Assembly (NCBI GenBank): GCA_965224245.1
Contig: OZ245046.1
Coordinates: 2,432,001-2,496,000, forward strand
Direction of reading: 5' to 3'
Origin: Candidatus Eiseniibacteriota bacterium
GTDB lineage: Bacteria > Eisenbacteria > RBG-16-71-46 > CAZAMP01
DNA: 64,000 nucleotides
The position numbers and the translations under genes were made by a program. The notes under the pieces were generated by a model. The model saw only the letters and a list, made by a program, of their open reading frames with translations. It had not been told where the DNA came from and searched no databases. Shown here piece after piece: positions 38,868 through 48,812 of the stretch; the first letter of the stretch is position 1; each line of letters starts with the position of its first letter.

Positions 38868-40466
38868 TCACTCCATCGCGGGAAGGCGCTCGTGGAACGG
38901 ATCCCGGAGCGTGCCGCGTCGGGCTCCCCGGGCGCCGGTCTCGTCGTCGAGAACGCGGACCGTCCACTCGTACAGCTGATCCGCCTCGTCGCGCGTGTTG
39001 CCGACGCAGGTCACGCCGACCTTTCCGAACTGCGAGAGCGCCCCGATCATGTGGAACAGCACGCCGGTCTGCGTCACCGGCCGGAAGCTGAGACCGTGCT
39101 GGGTCAGGATCTCGAGGAAGTCCTCGGGCAGAAGCCCGCGATAGGACGGCGAGGTCAGCGCGTCGGTCGAGAAGTAGAACTTCGGCCGGCCGTCCGGCGC
39201 GTGGAAGACACCGCTGTCGGCGTCCAGCGATCCGCAGGTCAGGAACTCCAGCGCCTGGAACGGATGCGTCGTTCCCCCCATCCGGAGGTTGATCTCGATC
39301 GCCGCGATCCGCCACGGCTCGCCCGGCTCGCGCCAGGCCAGGAAGTCCACCGCGACGCGACTGACGACCCCCTTGGCCGCCAGCGCGTCCGCGATCTTCC
39401 GGGCCTCGGCCTGGATCGCAACCCGGTAGTCGTCCGACGCGGGGAACCGGCAGCCGACGTACGCCTGCTTGTTCGGTCCGCCGAGCACCTGATCGTGAGA
39501 CGAGATGACCGCGTGCGTCCCGTCGGGATGGATGCGCATCTGGACGCTCGGTGATCGTACCTCGCTCGCCTCGATGAACTCCTCCACCACGCCGCCCATC
39601 TCGCTCAGCTTGCGGAAGAAGCTCCCGGGCGTCTCCTCCTCGGCGTTGAACACGAGGTGGTCGAGCGCGGCGTCGATCGCCCGGACACGCGCGGCCCGCT
39701 CGGTCGACGAGGGCGACGGGAACGTGAACATCGCGTTCCCCTCGCCCGAAAAGCTCTCGTCCAGCTTCACGACCGCCCGCTTCGAGGCCGGGCGCGCCTC
39801 GGCGAGGTCGGCCAGCGCCTCGGCGAACTCCCGTCTGGTGTGAAGCCCGTGTGAGCCGTGGGGATGGGGCACGCCGGCATCGGCGAACAGGTTCCGTCCC
39901 CCGCTCTTCGTCCCCAGCGCGCGCAGGTCGGGATCGAGCCCGTTGAGCGGAATGTCGAGCGCCAGCGCCAGACGTCGCTCCAGCTCGGTGGAGTTGAAGC
40001 ACGTCAGGTACGCCTGTCGCGGGTTGCCGATCCAGTGCTTGATTCGCTCGATCGCCCTCGGGCGCTCGAGGATCTTCTCGGTGAGCGCGCGGGAGCTGCT
40101 GTCCATCATCGACAGAAAGCCCAGCCGTTTCGACGCGTGGCTCGATGGCACGCCGACCAGGAGATGCAGGTAGTAGTCGATGATGTCCGGGTGGATCGGC
40201 TGGCTGGATAGATACAGAACGCGCGAGGACGGATGCCGTAGCCGCATCAGCGCGAAGAGCAGTCGCTCCTCGTAGCTGGGTACGCCGGAGATCTTCGCCA
40301 GCTCTTCCTGGTCGAAGCTCAGCGACGGCACGACCACCGAGGTATGTTCGAGTGGACGGGCGCCCTGGATCCTGTTCCAGAGCGGTGGGAGCCGCTTCTG
40401 GAGCTCCAGGAACGCCGAGCGCTCCGTCTCGGAGGCAGCGCCCCGATGAGCGGGCATGCTGGTCAT
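38868..40466 (-). CDS. PGM1-related ATP-grasp peptide ligase family protein
   Basis: VVVPSLS, YEERLL, GTKSGGR, KLDESFSGEGNA, SPSVQ, HDQVLGG, EINLRMGGTTHP. Confidence 0.82.
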   Translation of the reverse strand: MTSMPAHRGAASETERSAFLELQKRLPPLWNRIQGARPLEHTSVVVPSLSFDQEELAKISGVPSYEERLLFALMRLRHPSSRVLYLSSQPIHPDIIDYYLHLLVGVPSSHASKRLGFLSMMDSSSRALTEKILERPRAIERIKHWIGNPRQAYLTCFNSTELERRLALALDIPLNGLDPDLRALGTKSGGRNLFADAGVPHPHGSHGLHTRREFAEALADLAEARPASKRAVVKLDESFSGEGNAMFTFPSPSSTERAARVRAIDAALDHLVFNAEEETPGSFFRKLSEMGGVVEEFIEASEVRSPSVQMRIHPDGTHAVISSHDQVLGGPNKQAYVGCRFPASDDYRVAIQAEARKIADALAAKGVVSRVAVDFLAWREPGEPWRIAAIEINLRMGGTTHPFQALEFLTCGSLDADSGVFHAPDGRPKFYFSTDALTSPSYRGLLPEDFLEILTQHGLSFRPVTQTGVLFHMIGALSQFGKVGVTCVGNTRDEADQLYEWTVRVLDDETGARGARRGTLRDPFHERLPAME

Positions 40467-40537
40467 GCGCGGCAGTATCACCAGGGGTCCCGGGATTGTC
40501 ACGACCGAAACGGCGCCGGCGCCCCCGAGTCCGGGCG

Positions 40538-41686
40538 CTACTCGCCGAACCAGCGCGACAGCCGCTCGGACTCGAACCGCCGCTTCGCCTCGGCGTGCTC
40601 GGCGGAGACCGACCCGAGCGCGATCTCGGGCTCGGGCTGCGCGAAGAAGTCTCCCTCGACCCGCGTCGCCGTCGAGCGGCCCATCTCGATGAAGCAGAAG
40701 CCCCGGCCGTCGAAAGACCCGGGCATCGCCCGGCCGAGACGGTCGGCGGCGATGGCGGCCGCCACCCGCCGACCCTGGAGCTCGGCGAAGAGCCCGGCCT
40801 TCGGAAGCGGGAGTCCGTTCGCGAGCTCGATCCGCGTGACGTCCCCGATCGCGAAGACGCGCTCGTGCTCGGTCTCGAGCGTCGCGGGTCGCACCGCGAT
40901 CCACCCTCCCGGTCCGGTGAGCCCCGACTCGCTGACCACGGTGGGGACCCGGTGCGGGGGCACCGCCATGATCACGTCGGCGTCCAGCGATGCGCCGTCC
41001 GCGTAGCGAACCCGGCCGGGCTCGACGGCGTCGACCTTCCGCCCCACCTCGAACCGGATGCCCCGCTCGGCGAGCCGTTCGCCGAGCCAGCTCGACCCCT
41101 CGGCGCCGGCGTTCGGGAGCAGCATCGGCTGGAGGGTCGTGACGTGAATCTCCGAGCGGTCACGGAGACCCCGATCCCGGAGGTGCTCGTCGAGGAGCAT
41201 CGCGCACTCGTACGGCGCCGGCGGACACTTGTACGGCGCACCGGCCACGACGATCGCGACTCGACCGCCGTCGAACGTCGCGAGCGCCTCGGCACAGGCC
41301 GGGATCGCATCGGCATCGTAGAGATTGTGTCCGTGCTCGACGAGCCCTGGCACCAGATCGGCGCGCGCGACCGCACCGAGGGCGACGACCAGGTAGTCGC
41401 CGTCCAGCATCTCCGCGTCGGTCCGGATCCGGCGAGCGACCGGGTCGATCGTCTGGACATCGCCGCGCACCACCCGGATCCCCCGCCCGGCCAGCGTCGT
41501 GCGCGAGCGCCGCCCCTCCTCGAGCGTGCCCAGGCCCACGAGTGCCCAGAGCTTTCGGAGGCCGATCATGAACGCGTCGCGGCGATCCACGAGCACGACG
41601 TCGTGATCGTCGCCCAGGAGGCTCCGGAGCTCGGTCGCCACCGTCAGGCCGCCGAATCCACCGCCCAGTATCAACGTGCGTGACAT
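40538..41686 (-). CDS. FAD-dependent oxidoreductase (sulfide:quinone oxidoreductase-like)
   Basis: ILGGGFGG, YKCPPAPYE, FAIGD, LPKAG, GFCFIE. Confidence 0.88.
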   Translation of the reverse strand: MSRTLILGGGFGGLTVATELRSLLGDDHDVVLVDRRDAFMIGLRKLWALVGLGTLEEGRRSRTTLAGRGIRVVRGDVQTIDPVARRIRTDAEMLDGDYLVVALGAVARADLVPGLVEHGHNLYDADAIPACAEALATFDGGRVAIVVAGAPYKCPPAPYECAMLLDEHLRDRGLRDRSEIHVTTLQPMLLPNAGAEGSSWLGERLAERGIRFEVGRKVDAVEPGRVRYADGASLDADVIMAVPPHRVPTVVSESGLTGPGGWIAVRPATLETEHERVFAIGDVTRIELANGLPLPKAGLFAELQGRRVAAAIAADRLGRAMPGSFDGRGFCFIEMGRSTATRVEGDFFAQPEPEIALGSVSAEHAEAKRRFESERLSRWFGE

Positions 41687-41843
41687 GCTGTCTCCTCCCC
41701 CGAGCGAGGTCGTCGTCGCTGCGCCGAGGTCGACCCGCCGTCGCGGTGCGGATGATACCCCCGTTGACGCCGGATGACATCGCCGCCTATCGTCGCGATC
41801 GATGCCGGCGAGCAGTGGGCCCCTCACCGGTGGAGACGGCTGC

Positions 41844-42353
41844 ATGAACCACCGCGACGACGACACGATCGCCCTCCCGGGCACGGGCGGGTGGGCCGTC
41901 CGGCCGACACGCGAGCCGGACCGCGAGCCGTTCGGCCGTCTGCTCTCGTCGGTCGGACTCCCCGAGAGCGGCTTCACCGACCAGTTCGAGCACTTCGTCG
42001 TGGCCGAGCGCGACGGCCACATCGTCGGCGGGGCGGGCGTCGAACGGTACGGCCGCGATGGGCTCCTGCGCTCGGTGGTCGTCGATGCATCCCAGCAACG
42101 GAGCGGGCTCGGGTCACGTCTGGTCGCCGAGTGCGTGACGCGAGCCGAGAGCGACGGGCTGGGCGCGCTCTACCTGCTGACGGAGACCGCACCCGAGTTC
42201 TTCGCCGCCCTCGGCTTCGTCCGGATCGATCGCGCGTCCGTGCCCGAGGCCATCGCGCGATCGAGCGAGTTTGCCAGCGTCTGCCCGGATTCCGCGGTCG
42301 CCATGATGCTCCCGCTGGTCACCGGCTCGACCGCACCCGATCGCGCCCCGTGA
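41844..42353 (+). CDS. arsN2: GNAT N-acetyltransferase, ArsN2-like
   Basis: LLRSVVV, GLGSRLV, YLLTETAPEFF..LGF, SSEFASVCPDSAVAM. Confidence 0.75.
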   Translation: MNHRDDDTIALPGTGGWAVRPTREPDREPFGRLLSSVGLPESGFTDQFEHFVVAERDGHIVGGAGVERYGRDGLLRSVVVDASQQRSGLGSRLVAECVTRAESDGLGALYLLTETAPEFFAALGFVRIDRASVPEAIARSSEFASVCPDSAVAMMLPLVTGSTAPDRAP

Positions 42354-42589
42354 TCAACCGGTCACCGCTGATCGAGGCTCGGCCGCCGCATGGCGCGGTG
42401 ACCGCCAATCCGGTCTCGCCGGGAAAGGACAGATCGGTGTCGACCCACCATGCCCCCGGCCGCATCGGCCGGCAATACCTCACGTCGAGGCTCGACGTCC
42501 TCCTTGCCGTCGGGGTCGCGACCGACTGCAGCTCGGGTCGCCACATGGGCGTCGAGTCCTCGCGACTTCGACGCGCGCGGAAACGGTGG

Positions 42590-42754
42590 CGCGCGGGATC
42601 GATCATGCCCCCGATGCCGTGGCCGGCGCACCGCGACGTCACGGACGAGGATCTGCACGCCATCTGGGCGTACCTGCGCACGGTGCCGGCCATCAGCAAC
42701 GGGGCGCCGCGGCCTGCGCCCCCCGGCGAGGGTGCGGCCTCGGCTCCGCACTGA
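42590..42754 (+). pseudogene. C-terminal remnant of a diheme c-type cytochrome-like gene
   Basis: IMPPMPWPAHRDVTDEDLHAIWAYLRTVPAISN with no CxxCH or start upstream. Confidence 0.6.
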
Positions 42755-42764
42755 CGGTCCCGGC

Positions 42765-43970
42765 GTGCCGAAGAACGCCACGATCGTCCTCTGCAACCGG
42801 CAGGGCGAGCTTCTCGGGGAGCTGGATCCGATCCGTGTCGAGATGCCGTGGTGGCAGGAGGTCTCCGACGTCGTCGCCGCGATCGCCGAGCGGGATCGGA
42901 TCCGGATCACCGTGCTTCGGCTTCTCCAGACGCGTCTGCCGAGCCCCACGTCCCCGAGCGACGCGAGCGACGTCACGTATCTCGCCGAGCTGGACCCGGC
43001 GACGTCGCCGCCTCGCCTGCGGAAGACCGCCTTCGCCAACCCGCCCCATCCTCTGCGATGCGACTACGCCGAGCCCGGAGGACCGACGGCCCTGATCGAG
43101 TGGGCGCGTACCGAGCTGGCCCACGCGGGGCTTCCGGAGACCGGCCCGCCGGCGCAGATGCGCACGTGGAACCTCTCGGCCATCTGGCGATTCGACACAC
43201 CCGGCGGACCCGCGTGGCTGAAGGTCGTGCCACCGTTCTTCGCGCACGAGCCGCTCTTGATCGATCACCTGACACCGGGTCCCGTCCCCGAGCTGATCGC
43301 GCACGCACGGGGTCGGAGCCTCCTCCGGCACGTCCCGGGACGGGACGTCTACGAAGGAGACATGGCCGCACGCCTCCGGCTCCTCGACGTGGTCGTCGGA
43401 CTTCAGCGCGCGAGCGTCGACCGCCTCGACGCGCTGACGGCGATCGGCCTCTTCGACTGGCGTACCCCGGCGCTCGTCGACCGGATGGCGAGGCTGCCGG
43501 CGTACGCGCGCGATGCGGATCGCGAGGCGGTGGAGACGCTCGTGGCGGGGATCGAGGATCGGCTCGAGGCGCTGGCCGCGTGCCGCTTTCCCGACACGCT
43601 CGTGCACGGCGACGCGCACCTGATGAACGCCCTTCTCGGTGACGACGGCGAGATCACGATGCTGGACTGGGGCGATGCCGGCGTCGGTCACCCGCTGTTC
43701 GATCTGGACGCGCTCGAGCGGTGGCGTCCGCCGGACGAGATCGCCACCGTGCGCGACCGACTCGTGTCGCTCTGGTCGGATCTCGTTCCCGAGCCGGACG
43801 TACGCCGGGCCATCGCGCTCTGCCGGCCGCTGGGCGCCCTGCGCGAGGCGCTCGTGTACGCGGGATTCGTGGAGAACGTGGAGCCCGACGAGCGGATCTA
43901 CCACGCCGACGACGTTCCGGCGGCCCTCGCCACCGCCGTGGAGCGCGCCGCAGCGGAGCCCACCGCATAG
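42765..43970 (+). CDS. Aminoglycoside phosphotransferase (APH)/kinase-like protein
   Basis: AWLKVVP, TLVHGDAHLMN, LDWGD, HPLFD. Confidence 0.85.
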   Translation: MPKNATIVLCNRQGELLGELDPIRVEMPWWQEVSDVVAAIAERDRIRITVLRLLQTRLPSPTSPSDASDVTYLAELDPATSPPRLRKTAFANPPHPLRCDYAEPGGPTALIEWARTELAHAGLPETGPPAQMRTWNLSAIWRFDTPGGPAWLKVVPPFFAHEPLLIDHLTPGPVPELIAHARGRSLLRHVPGRDVYEGDMAARLRLLDVVVGLQRASVDRLDALTAIGLFDWRTPALVDRMARLPAYARDADREAVETLVAGIEDRLEALAACRFPDTLVHGDAHLMNALLGDDGEITMLDWGDAGVGHPLFDLDALERWRPPDEIATVRDRLVSLWSDLVPEPDVRRAIALCRPLGALREALVYAGFVENVEPDERIYHADDVPAALATAVERAAAEPTA

Positions 43971-44095
43971 GTCCGACACCCTCATGCACGCCGGCCGGCG
44001 ATGAACCCGTTCACGTCGTCGGGCGCCCGGTCAGCGAGCCATGCCATGGCGGACGCCGTGCACGCCGACGCGGCGGCGAGCGTCGCCGCCGTCGA

Positions 44096-44674
44096 TCATC
44101 GCGCCGACGACCCCGACGGCGCATGGTCGGTGTTGCGAGTCGCCTCCGGATCGTCCGGGCTCGATGCAGGGGCCGGCATCTCCGGATCGGGACCCGGCTC
44201 GGCGAGCAGCGCGGCGAGCCGGGCCTCGAAGGCCTCGACGTCCTGCGGTCGGAACCCCTCGTGGCGGATTCGAAACGCACCGGTCCGGTCGAAGACGAAG
44301 GCCGTGGGCACCACCTCGAGCCCGAACGCCTTCGCCAGGTCACCCCTGGGATCGCGCAGGACCGGCAGCGTCACCTCGAGAGCCTCGATGAAGCGGTCGG
44401 CGGCCTCGGCGCGGCGGTCCAGGTTCACCGTGACCACGCGGAGTCCGTCGTCGGCACGCTCGGCGGCCAGCGTCTGCATCCATGGAAAGGACGAGCGGCA
44501 CGGCACACACCAGGATGCCCAGAAGTCGACGTAGACCACCTGCCCCGCGTACGGGGCCGGATCGTCGACCAGCGCGAGCACGGCGTCGAGAGAGGGCGCC
44601 GGCTCGTCGGCGGATGCGATGGAGGCTCCCATGGCGAGAGCGCACAGGACGGCGGCGGTGAGACGCGGGTGCAC
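44096..44674 (-). CDS. TlpA family thiol-disulfide reductase (exported)
   Basis: GTG after AAAGGAG; signal peptide; VDFWASWCVPCRSSFP, VPTAFVFD. Confidence 0.92.
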   Translation of the reverse strand: MHPRLTAAVLCALAMGASIASADEPAPSLDAVLALVDDPAPYAGQVVYVDFWASWCVPCRSSFPWMQTLAAERADDGLRVVTVNLDRRAEAADRFIEALEVTLPVLRDPRGDLAKAFGLEVVPTAFVFDRTGAFRIRHEGFRPQDVEAFEARLAALLAEPGPDPEMPAPASSPDDPEATRNTDHAPSGSSAR

Positions 44675-44869
44675 GTGGGCTCCTTTCGCTCGGTGGACGA
44701 CACGGTCGCGAAACCGAAGGCGCGGCGTCACACGCGCGCGCGGCGGCATCGACGCCGCGGGGGCGCGTGCGAGTCGCCGTCACCGACCTGTTGCACACGA
44801 TCCCCCGAGGCGGGGTTCCCGCCGATCGCGGCGTCCTCGCGCTCGGACGCCGACCCCGTGGCGGGCGCC

Positions 44870-46300
44870 CTACCGCACGACGACGATCCGATGCACGGCC
44901 TGCAACAACCCGTTTCGCAGCCCGACGTGATAGACCCCGGGCGCAACCCGGCGTCCCAGGCGATCGGTGCCGTCCCAGAGCACGTCGCCGGCGGCGGTGG
45001 CGATCGGCGAGGCGATCCGCCGGCCCGACGCGTCGACGACGACGGCATCGGCGCCCACCAGCGCATCGCCGACGATGAGATGGACCGCGCCCCGCGTCGG
45101 GTTCGGCGTCAGCGACCGCAGCAGCACCGGGGAGGCCGGCGTCTCGGCGACCGAGATCAGCGGGTCGCCCTCGGCGACGTACACGTTCCAGCTCCCGCTC
45201 GAGTCGTCGCACCACGCAACCGCCACCTCGCCCCCGGAGTTCGTGGTCACCGACGGCTCGCGCACGTCGCGTCCGATCCCCAGCTCCTGATCGAACGTCC
45301 AGGTGCCCGAGAGATTCCAGGCGACGATCAGACGCTCGTCGACCATCGACAGCGACTCGTCCCAGGACTCGTGTCGCCACGCGAGAACCGGCCGTCCGAC
45401 CTGGGTCAGGTGCAGCCACAGCTCCTGCGGCCACTCGAACAGAGTTCCCGTGTGTCCGGTGCCGATCGCGTCGGCGTCGCCGAACGCGCCACCGGTCCCC
45501 GTCGCGACGCTCACCTGGTTGCACGGACACGTGGGCTGCTGGCCGTGCGCGGCCAGCGCCATGGTCCACGTGTTCGGGTCGACGGCGAGATCGAAGCGGA
45601 TACCGGCGCCCTCCATCACCGGCGATGCCGGCTGCCACGTGGTGCCGTCGAACTGGCGTCCCTGCACGCCGGGGAACGCCGCCCCCGTATCGAGCCAGGT
45701 CACCAGCAGTCGATCCTCGGCGTCGACCGGGCTCAGCTCGACGGAGAGTTCACCGATCGGATCGACCGCGATCGGTCCGGCCAGGATCAGCGGCGCGGAC
45801 CACCCCTCGGTGACGAGCTCGGAGAAGAGCACGTGGAAGACGCCGCTTCCCTCGTCCAGCTCGGCCCAGGCCACGTGGGGCCCCGAGGCCTTCGCGGGAG
45901 ACGGATCGATCGGCGTGCCGAGCCCGGCGCTCCCGACCACGTCGGCGTCGTGCCACGTCCCGCTCTTCCAGCTCCGGAAACGAACCTGATCGGCGTCGTC
46001 TGACCAGACGACGTAGATCTCGTTTCACCTGAGACAGGTGTAGTGGTCGAAGTCGTGCCCGACGCCCACGGTCTCGATTGGACCCCATCCCCCCTCGCTC
46101 TGGTCCTGGTGGAGGATCTCGTCGCCTTCCTGCCAGAGCAGGTGCCGGACGTCGAACGCGTCGGTCGTGAGGATGGGAGCCGTCGACGGGATCGGCGTCG
46201 TGGTGTGCTGGGTCTCGATCCACCCGGCCGCCACCGGCGACGAGACCGTCGCCAGGAGCGTGACGACCGCGGCGGCGCCGACGGGGCGTGGCGCGGGCAT
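44870..46300 (-). CDS. Putative selenoprotein (476 aa): secreted beta-propeller-like protein with CxxU (Sec92) and FlgD-Ig/T9SS-like CTD
   Basis: Track ORFs 46025..46300 and 44870..45940 are in frame; the only stop between them is TGA 46025-46027 in HYTCLR-U-NEIYVVW. RBS GAGGAGG, signal peptide, CTD PNPTRG...WDGTDRLGRRVAPGVY. Confidence 0.8.
45994..46013 (-). promoter_or_regulatory. Bacterial SECIS-like hairpin for TGA 46025-46027
   Basis: Minus strand: TGA + AACGAGATCTA (11 nt) + CGTCGTCT-GGTC-AGACGACG. Confidence 0.8.
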
Positions 46301-46560
46301 GGGGTCCTCCTCGGATAGTTGAGCATGCGAGTCGCGGGTCCCGGCCGGGGCCGCGCGAGGAGACCCGACGAGTGTACACCCCCCGCGCGATCGGGTCCGC
46401 CTCGCTCTCGACTACCCGCGTTCGCATCGGCGGGGCGCGCCCCCGCCCGCGACACGGCGGCCGGTGGTCTGCGATAATCACCCCCGTGCATCCACGAGAC
46501 CGCGTCGACGTCCCGGCGGCTCGCCGTCGCCGGCCCTCCCTCGAGCCCGGAGGCATCACG

Positions 46561-48186
46561 ATGATCCGCTCGACCCCGTACCGCGCCGGCGCCGCGCTGG
46601 CCCTGGCCCTCTTCGCAGCAACGGCCCTCGCCGACGACGTGAGGACGCATCTCGAGACCCACGACGGGGGCACGCGCGCGGTCGAGCTCGTGTCACCGGG
46701 CGGCGGCGGTGGCGGGGCCGACACGGGCACCGTCGCTGCGCGCGGGGGGATCGGCGTCGAGTGGCAGCGCACGCTGACCGATGCCGTGTACACGACGTGC
46801 GCGATCGTCGGCAGCCCGGTCACCGACGTGGCCGCGGGTACCGAGCTCAACCCCCCGCGTCAGGCCGAGCTCGTCCCGTCGGTGGGAGACGGCACGCCGA
46901 CCTGGTTCCATCCGGGAACCTCGTTCCGCGTATCCGCCTCCCGCGCCGGTGACGTGATCGCCGGCGTCGACTACGAGTCCGCGACCCAGACCGTCAGCGT
47001 GTACCGCTGGGCGCCGGACTCCAGCACGCCGCTCTGGACCGACACGCTCACGGGCGTGACGCCCGGCTCGTATCGCGCGATCGCGACGTCGGCCGACGGG
47101 TCGACCGTCGCCGTGCTCGTCTCGGTGCAGGCCGGGGGACCGTTCGCCCGGTGTCGCCTGTACGACGCGGCCACCGGCGCGCTGATCGGAGAGCACGACG
47201 GCCCGGCGGGGTTCGGACGCAACGTCTCCATCGGAGCCGACGGTCGATTCGTCGCGTTCATCGGGCTGGCCACCGCGTACGTCGTGGACCGGGACCTCGA
47301 CGCCATCCGCTGGAGCGGCAGCATGGGCGCGACCAACGATCCGATCGCGATCTCCACCGACGGCACGTACCTGGCCTTCGGGTGGACGAGCCTTCAGATG
47401 CGCGCGTGGAACGGCACCGACTACGCCCCCGCGTGGAGCATCGCCGGCGGCAGCTACCAGGTGAAGAGCGTCACGTTCTCGTCGGACAGTGGCACGTTCG
47501 CGGCCGGGTGGTATCGCTCCGACTACCTGCAGAATCGGATTCACCTGTTCGATCCGTCGAGCAGCACCCCGCTGTGGACGCACCTCGACACGCCGGGAAG
47601 CGGCGCGTACCAGGACATCCCCGCCGATCTCGCCCTCACGGCCGGCGGCGAGTATCTGGCCGTCGGATGCTGGGGGGACGCCGCCCACACGAACGACGAG
47701 ATCCGCCTCTACGGCCACGGCTCGCCCGACGCGCTCGGGTCGGTCGGATCGCCGGGCTCGATCTTCGACGTGGACGTGGCGCTGGACGGCGACGGCGTCG
47801 TCGTCACGGCATGCGGCAAGCACGTGCATGCGAACGAGACCGGCCGGGGCGGTGACCTCTTCTCGATCACGTTCACCGAGCCGGTGGCCGTCGGTGACGC
47901 ACCGGGACGACCGCTCGGGCTCGCGATCGACGTGGCCAACCCGCTCCGGGCCGGGGGACGCATCGTGGTGAGCACCGAGCGTGCGACCGACGTCGAGCTG
48001 ACCGTCTACTCGGCGACCGGCCGGCGTGTCCGGGCGCTGGGGTCGGGCATGTTCGACGCGGGACGCCACGAGGTCACATGGGACGGTCGCGACGACGCCG
48101 GGCAGGACGTGGCCGCGGGTGTGTACCTCGTCGAGGGACGGAGCCGAGACGGGAGCGTCACCGCGCGCACGCTCCTCTTGCGTTGA
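46561..48186 (+). CDS. Secreted WD40/PQQ-like beta-propeller protein with FlgD-Ig/T9SS-like CTD
   Basis: Signal peptide; repeated S.DG...A / PLW blades; CTD VYSATGRRV...WDGRDDAGQDVAAGVY. Confidence 0.82.
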   Translation: MIRSTPYRAGAALALALFAATALADDVRTHLETHDGGTRAVELVSPGGGGGGADTGTVAARGGIGVEWQRTLTDAVYTTCAIVGSPVTDVAAGTELNPPRQAELVPSVGDGTPTWFHPGTSFRVSASRAGDVIAGVDYESATQTVSVYRWAPDSSTPLWTDTLTGVTPGSYRAIATSADGSTVAVLVSVQAGGPFARCRLYDAATGALIGEHDGPAGFGRNVSIGADGRFVAFIGLATAYVVDRDLDAIRWSGSMGATNDPIAISTDGTYLAFGWTSLQMRAWNGTDYAPAWSIAGGSYQVKSVTFSSDSGTFAAGWYRSDYLQNRIHLFDPSSSTPLWTHLDTPGSGAYQDIPADLALTAGGEYLAVGCWGDAAHTNDEIRLYGHGSPDALGSVGSPGSIFDVDVALDGDGVVVTACGKHVHANETGRGGDLFSITFTEPVAVGDAPGRPLGLAIDVANPLRAGGRIVVSTERATDVELTVYSATGRRVRALGSGMFDAGRHEVTWDGRDDAGQDVAAGVYLVEGRSRDGSVTARTLLLR

Positions 48187-48243
48187 GCGATTGCGGTCAG
48201 CGTCGGCGTCGCGGCGGCGTCGTGGCTGCGCCGGTGCGATTCG

Positions 48244-48639
48244 TCAGCTCGCCGGCTCGTCGGCGCCGCGCGATGCGCCCGTGTTCGTCGAGTAGTGGGG
48301 CTGAAACAGCTCGACCGTGAAGTCGCCCGGCATCTCGAAGTGCGTCGAGAGCGCATAGCCCGCGTCGGAGACCTCGTCGGTGAATCGGACGCCGCGCGAC
48401 TTCAGCTCGGCCACCGTGCGATGGATGTCGTCGCAGTAGAACGAGATCTGTGCGGTCCCGGACGCCGGCGTTCCATCGTCGCGAAGCGGATGACATCCGA
48501 TGTCGGCCCTGGGAGCGTCGAAGATGAGCCACCCGCCGCCCGCGTCGACGTAGGAGTCGAACCCGAGCTTGTCCCGGATGAACGCGCGCAGCTCGTCGGC
48601 CTGGGACGTGAAGAACATCGTGTGCACACCCTTGATCAT
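48244..48639 (-). CDS. VOC (glyoxalase/extradiol dioxygenase) family protein
   Basis: MIKGVH, DAGGGWLIF, SFYCDDI, ELFQP. Confidence 0.85.
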   Translation of the reverse strand: MIKGVHTMFFTSQADELRAFIRDKLGFDSYVDAGGGWLIFDAPRADIGCHPLRDDGTPASGTAQISFYCDDIHRTVAELKSRGVRFTDEVSDAGYALSTHFEMPGDFTVELFQPHYSTNTGASRGADEPAS

Positions 48640-48812
48640 GACTCCTCCTCGTGTGTCTCGATCCCTCGGCTCGGCGCCGCACGCTCCCGGGTGTCATCGA
48701 AACCGATCCGCGGCTACACTCCATCCGGGGCGATCCCGTGTGCATGCCTCCGCGCGACCGCCCTCGTGTGGGACACGTCGACGTCACACACTCCTCGATC
48801 TCTGGAGGACAC

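Noticed and set aside
32458-46027. Genome-wide TGA reassignment (Trp or Gly) as the explanation for the in-frame TGAs
   Set aside because: Many conserved genes here end at TGA at their expected C-termini, often with ATGA/GTGA coupling (lpoB, pal, tolA-like gene, ECF sigma), so TGA is a normal stop in this genome.
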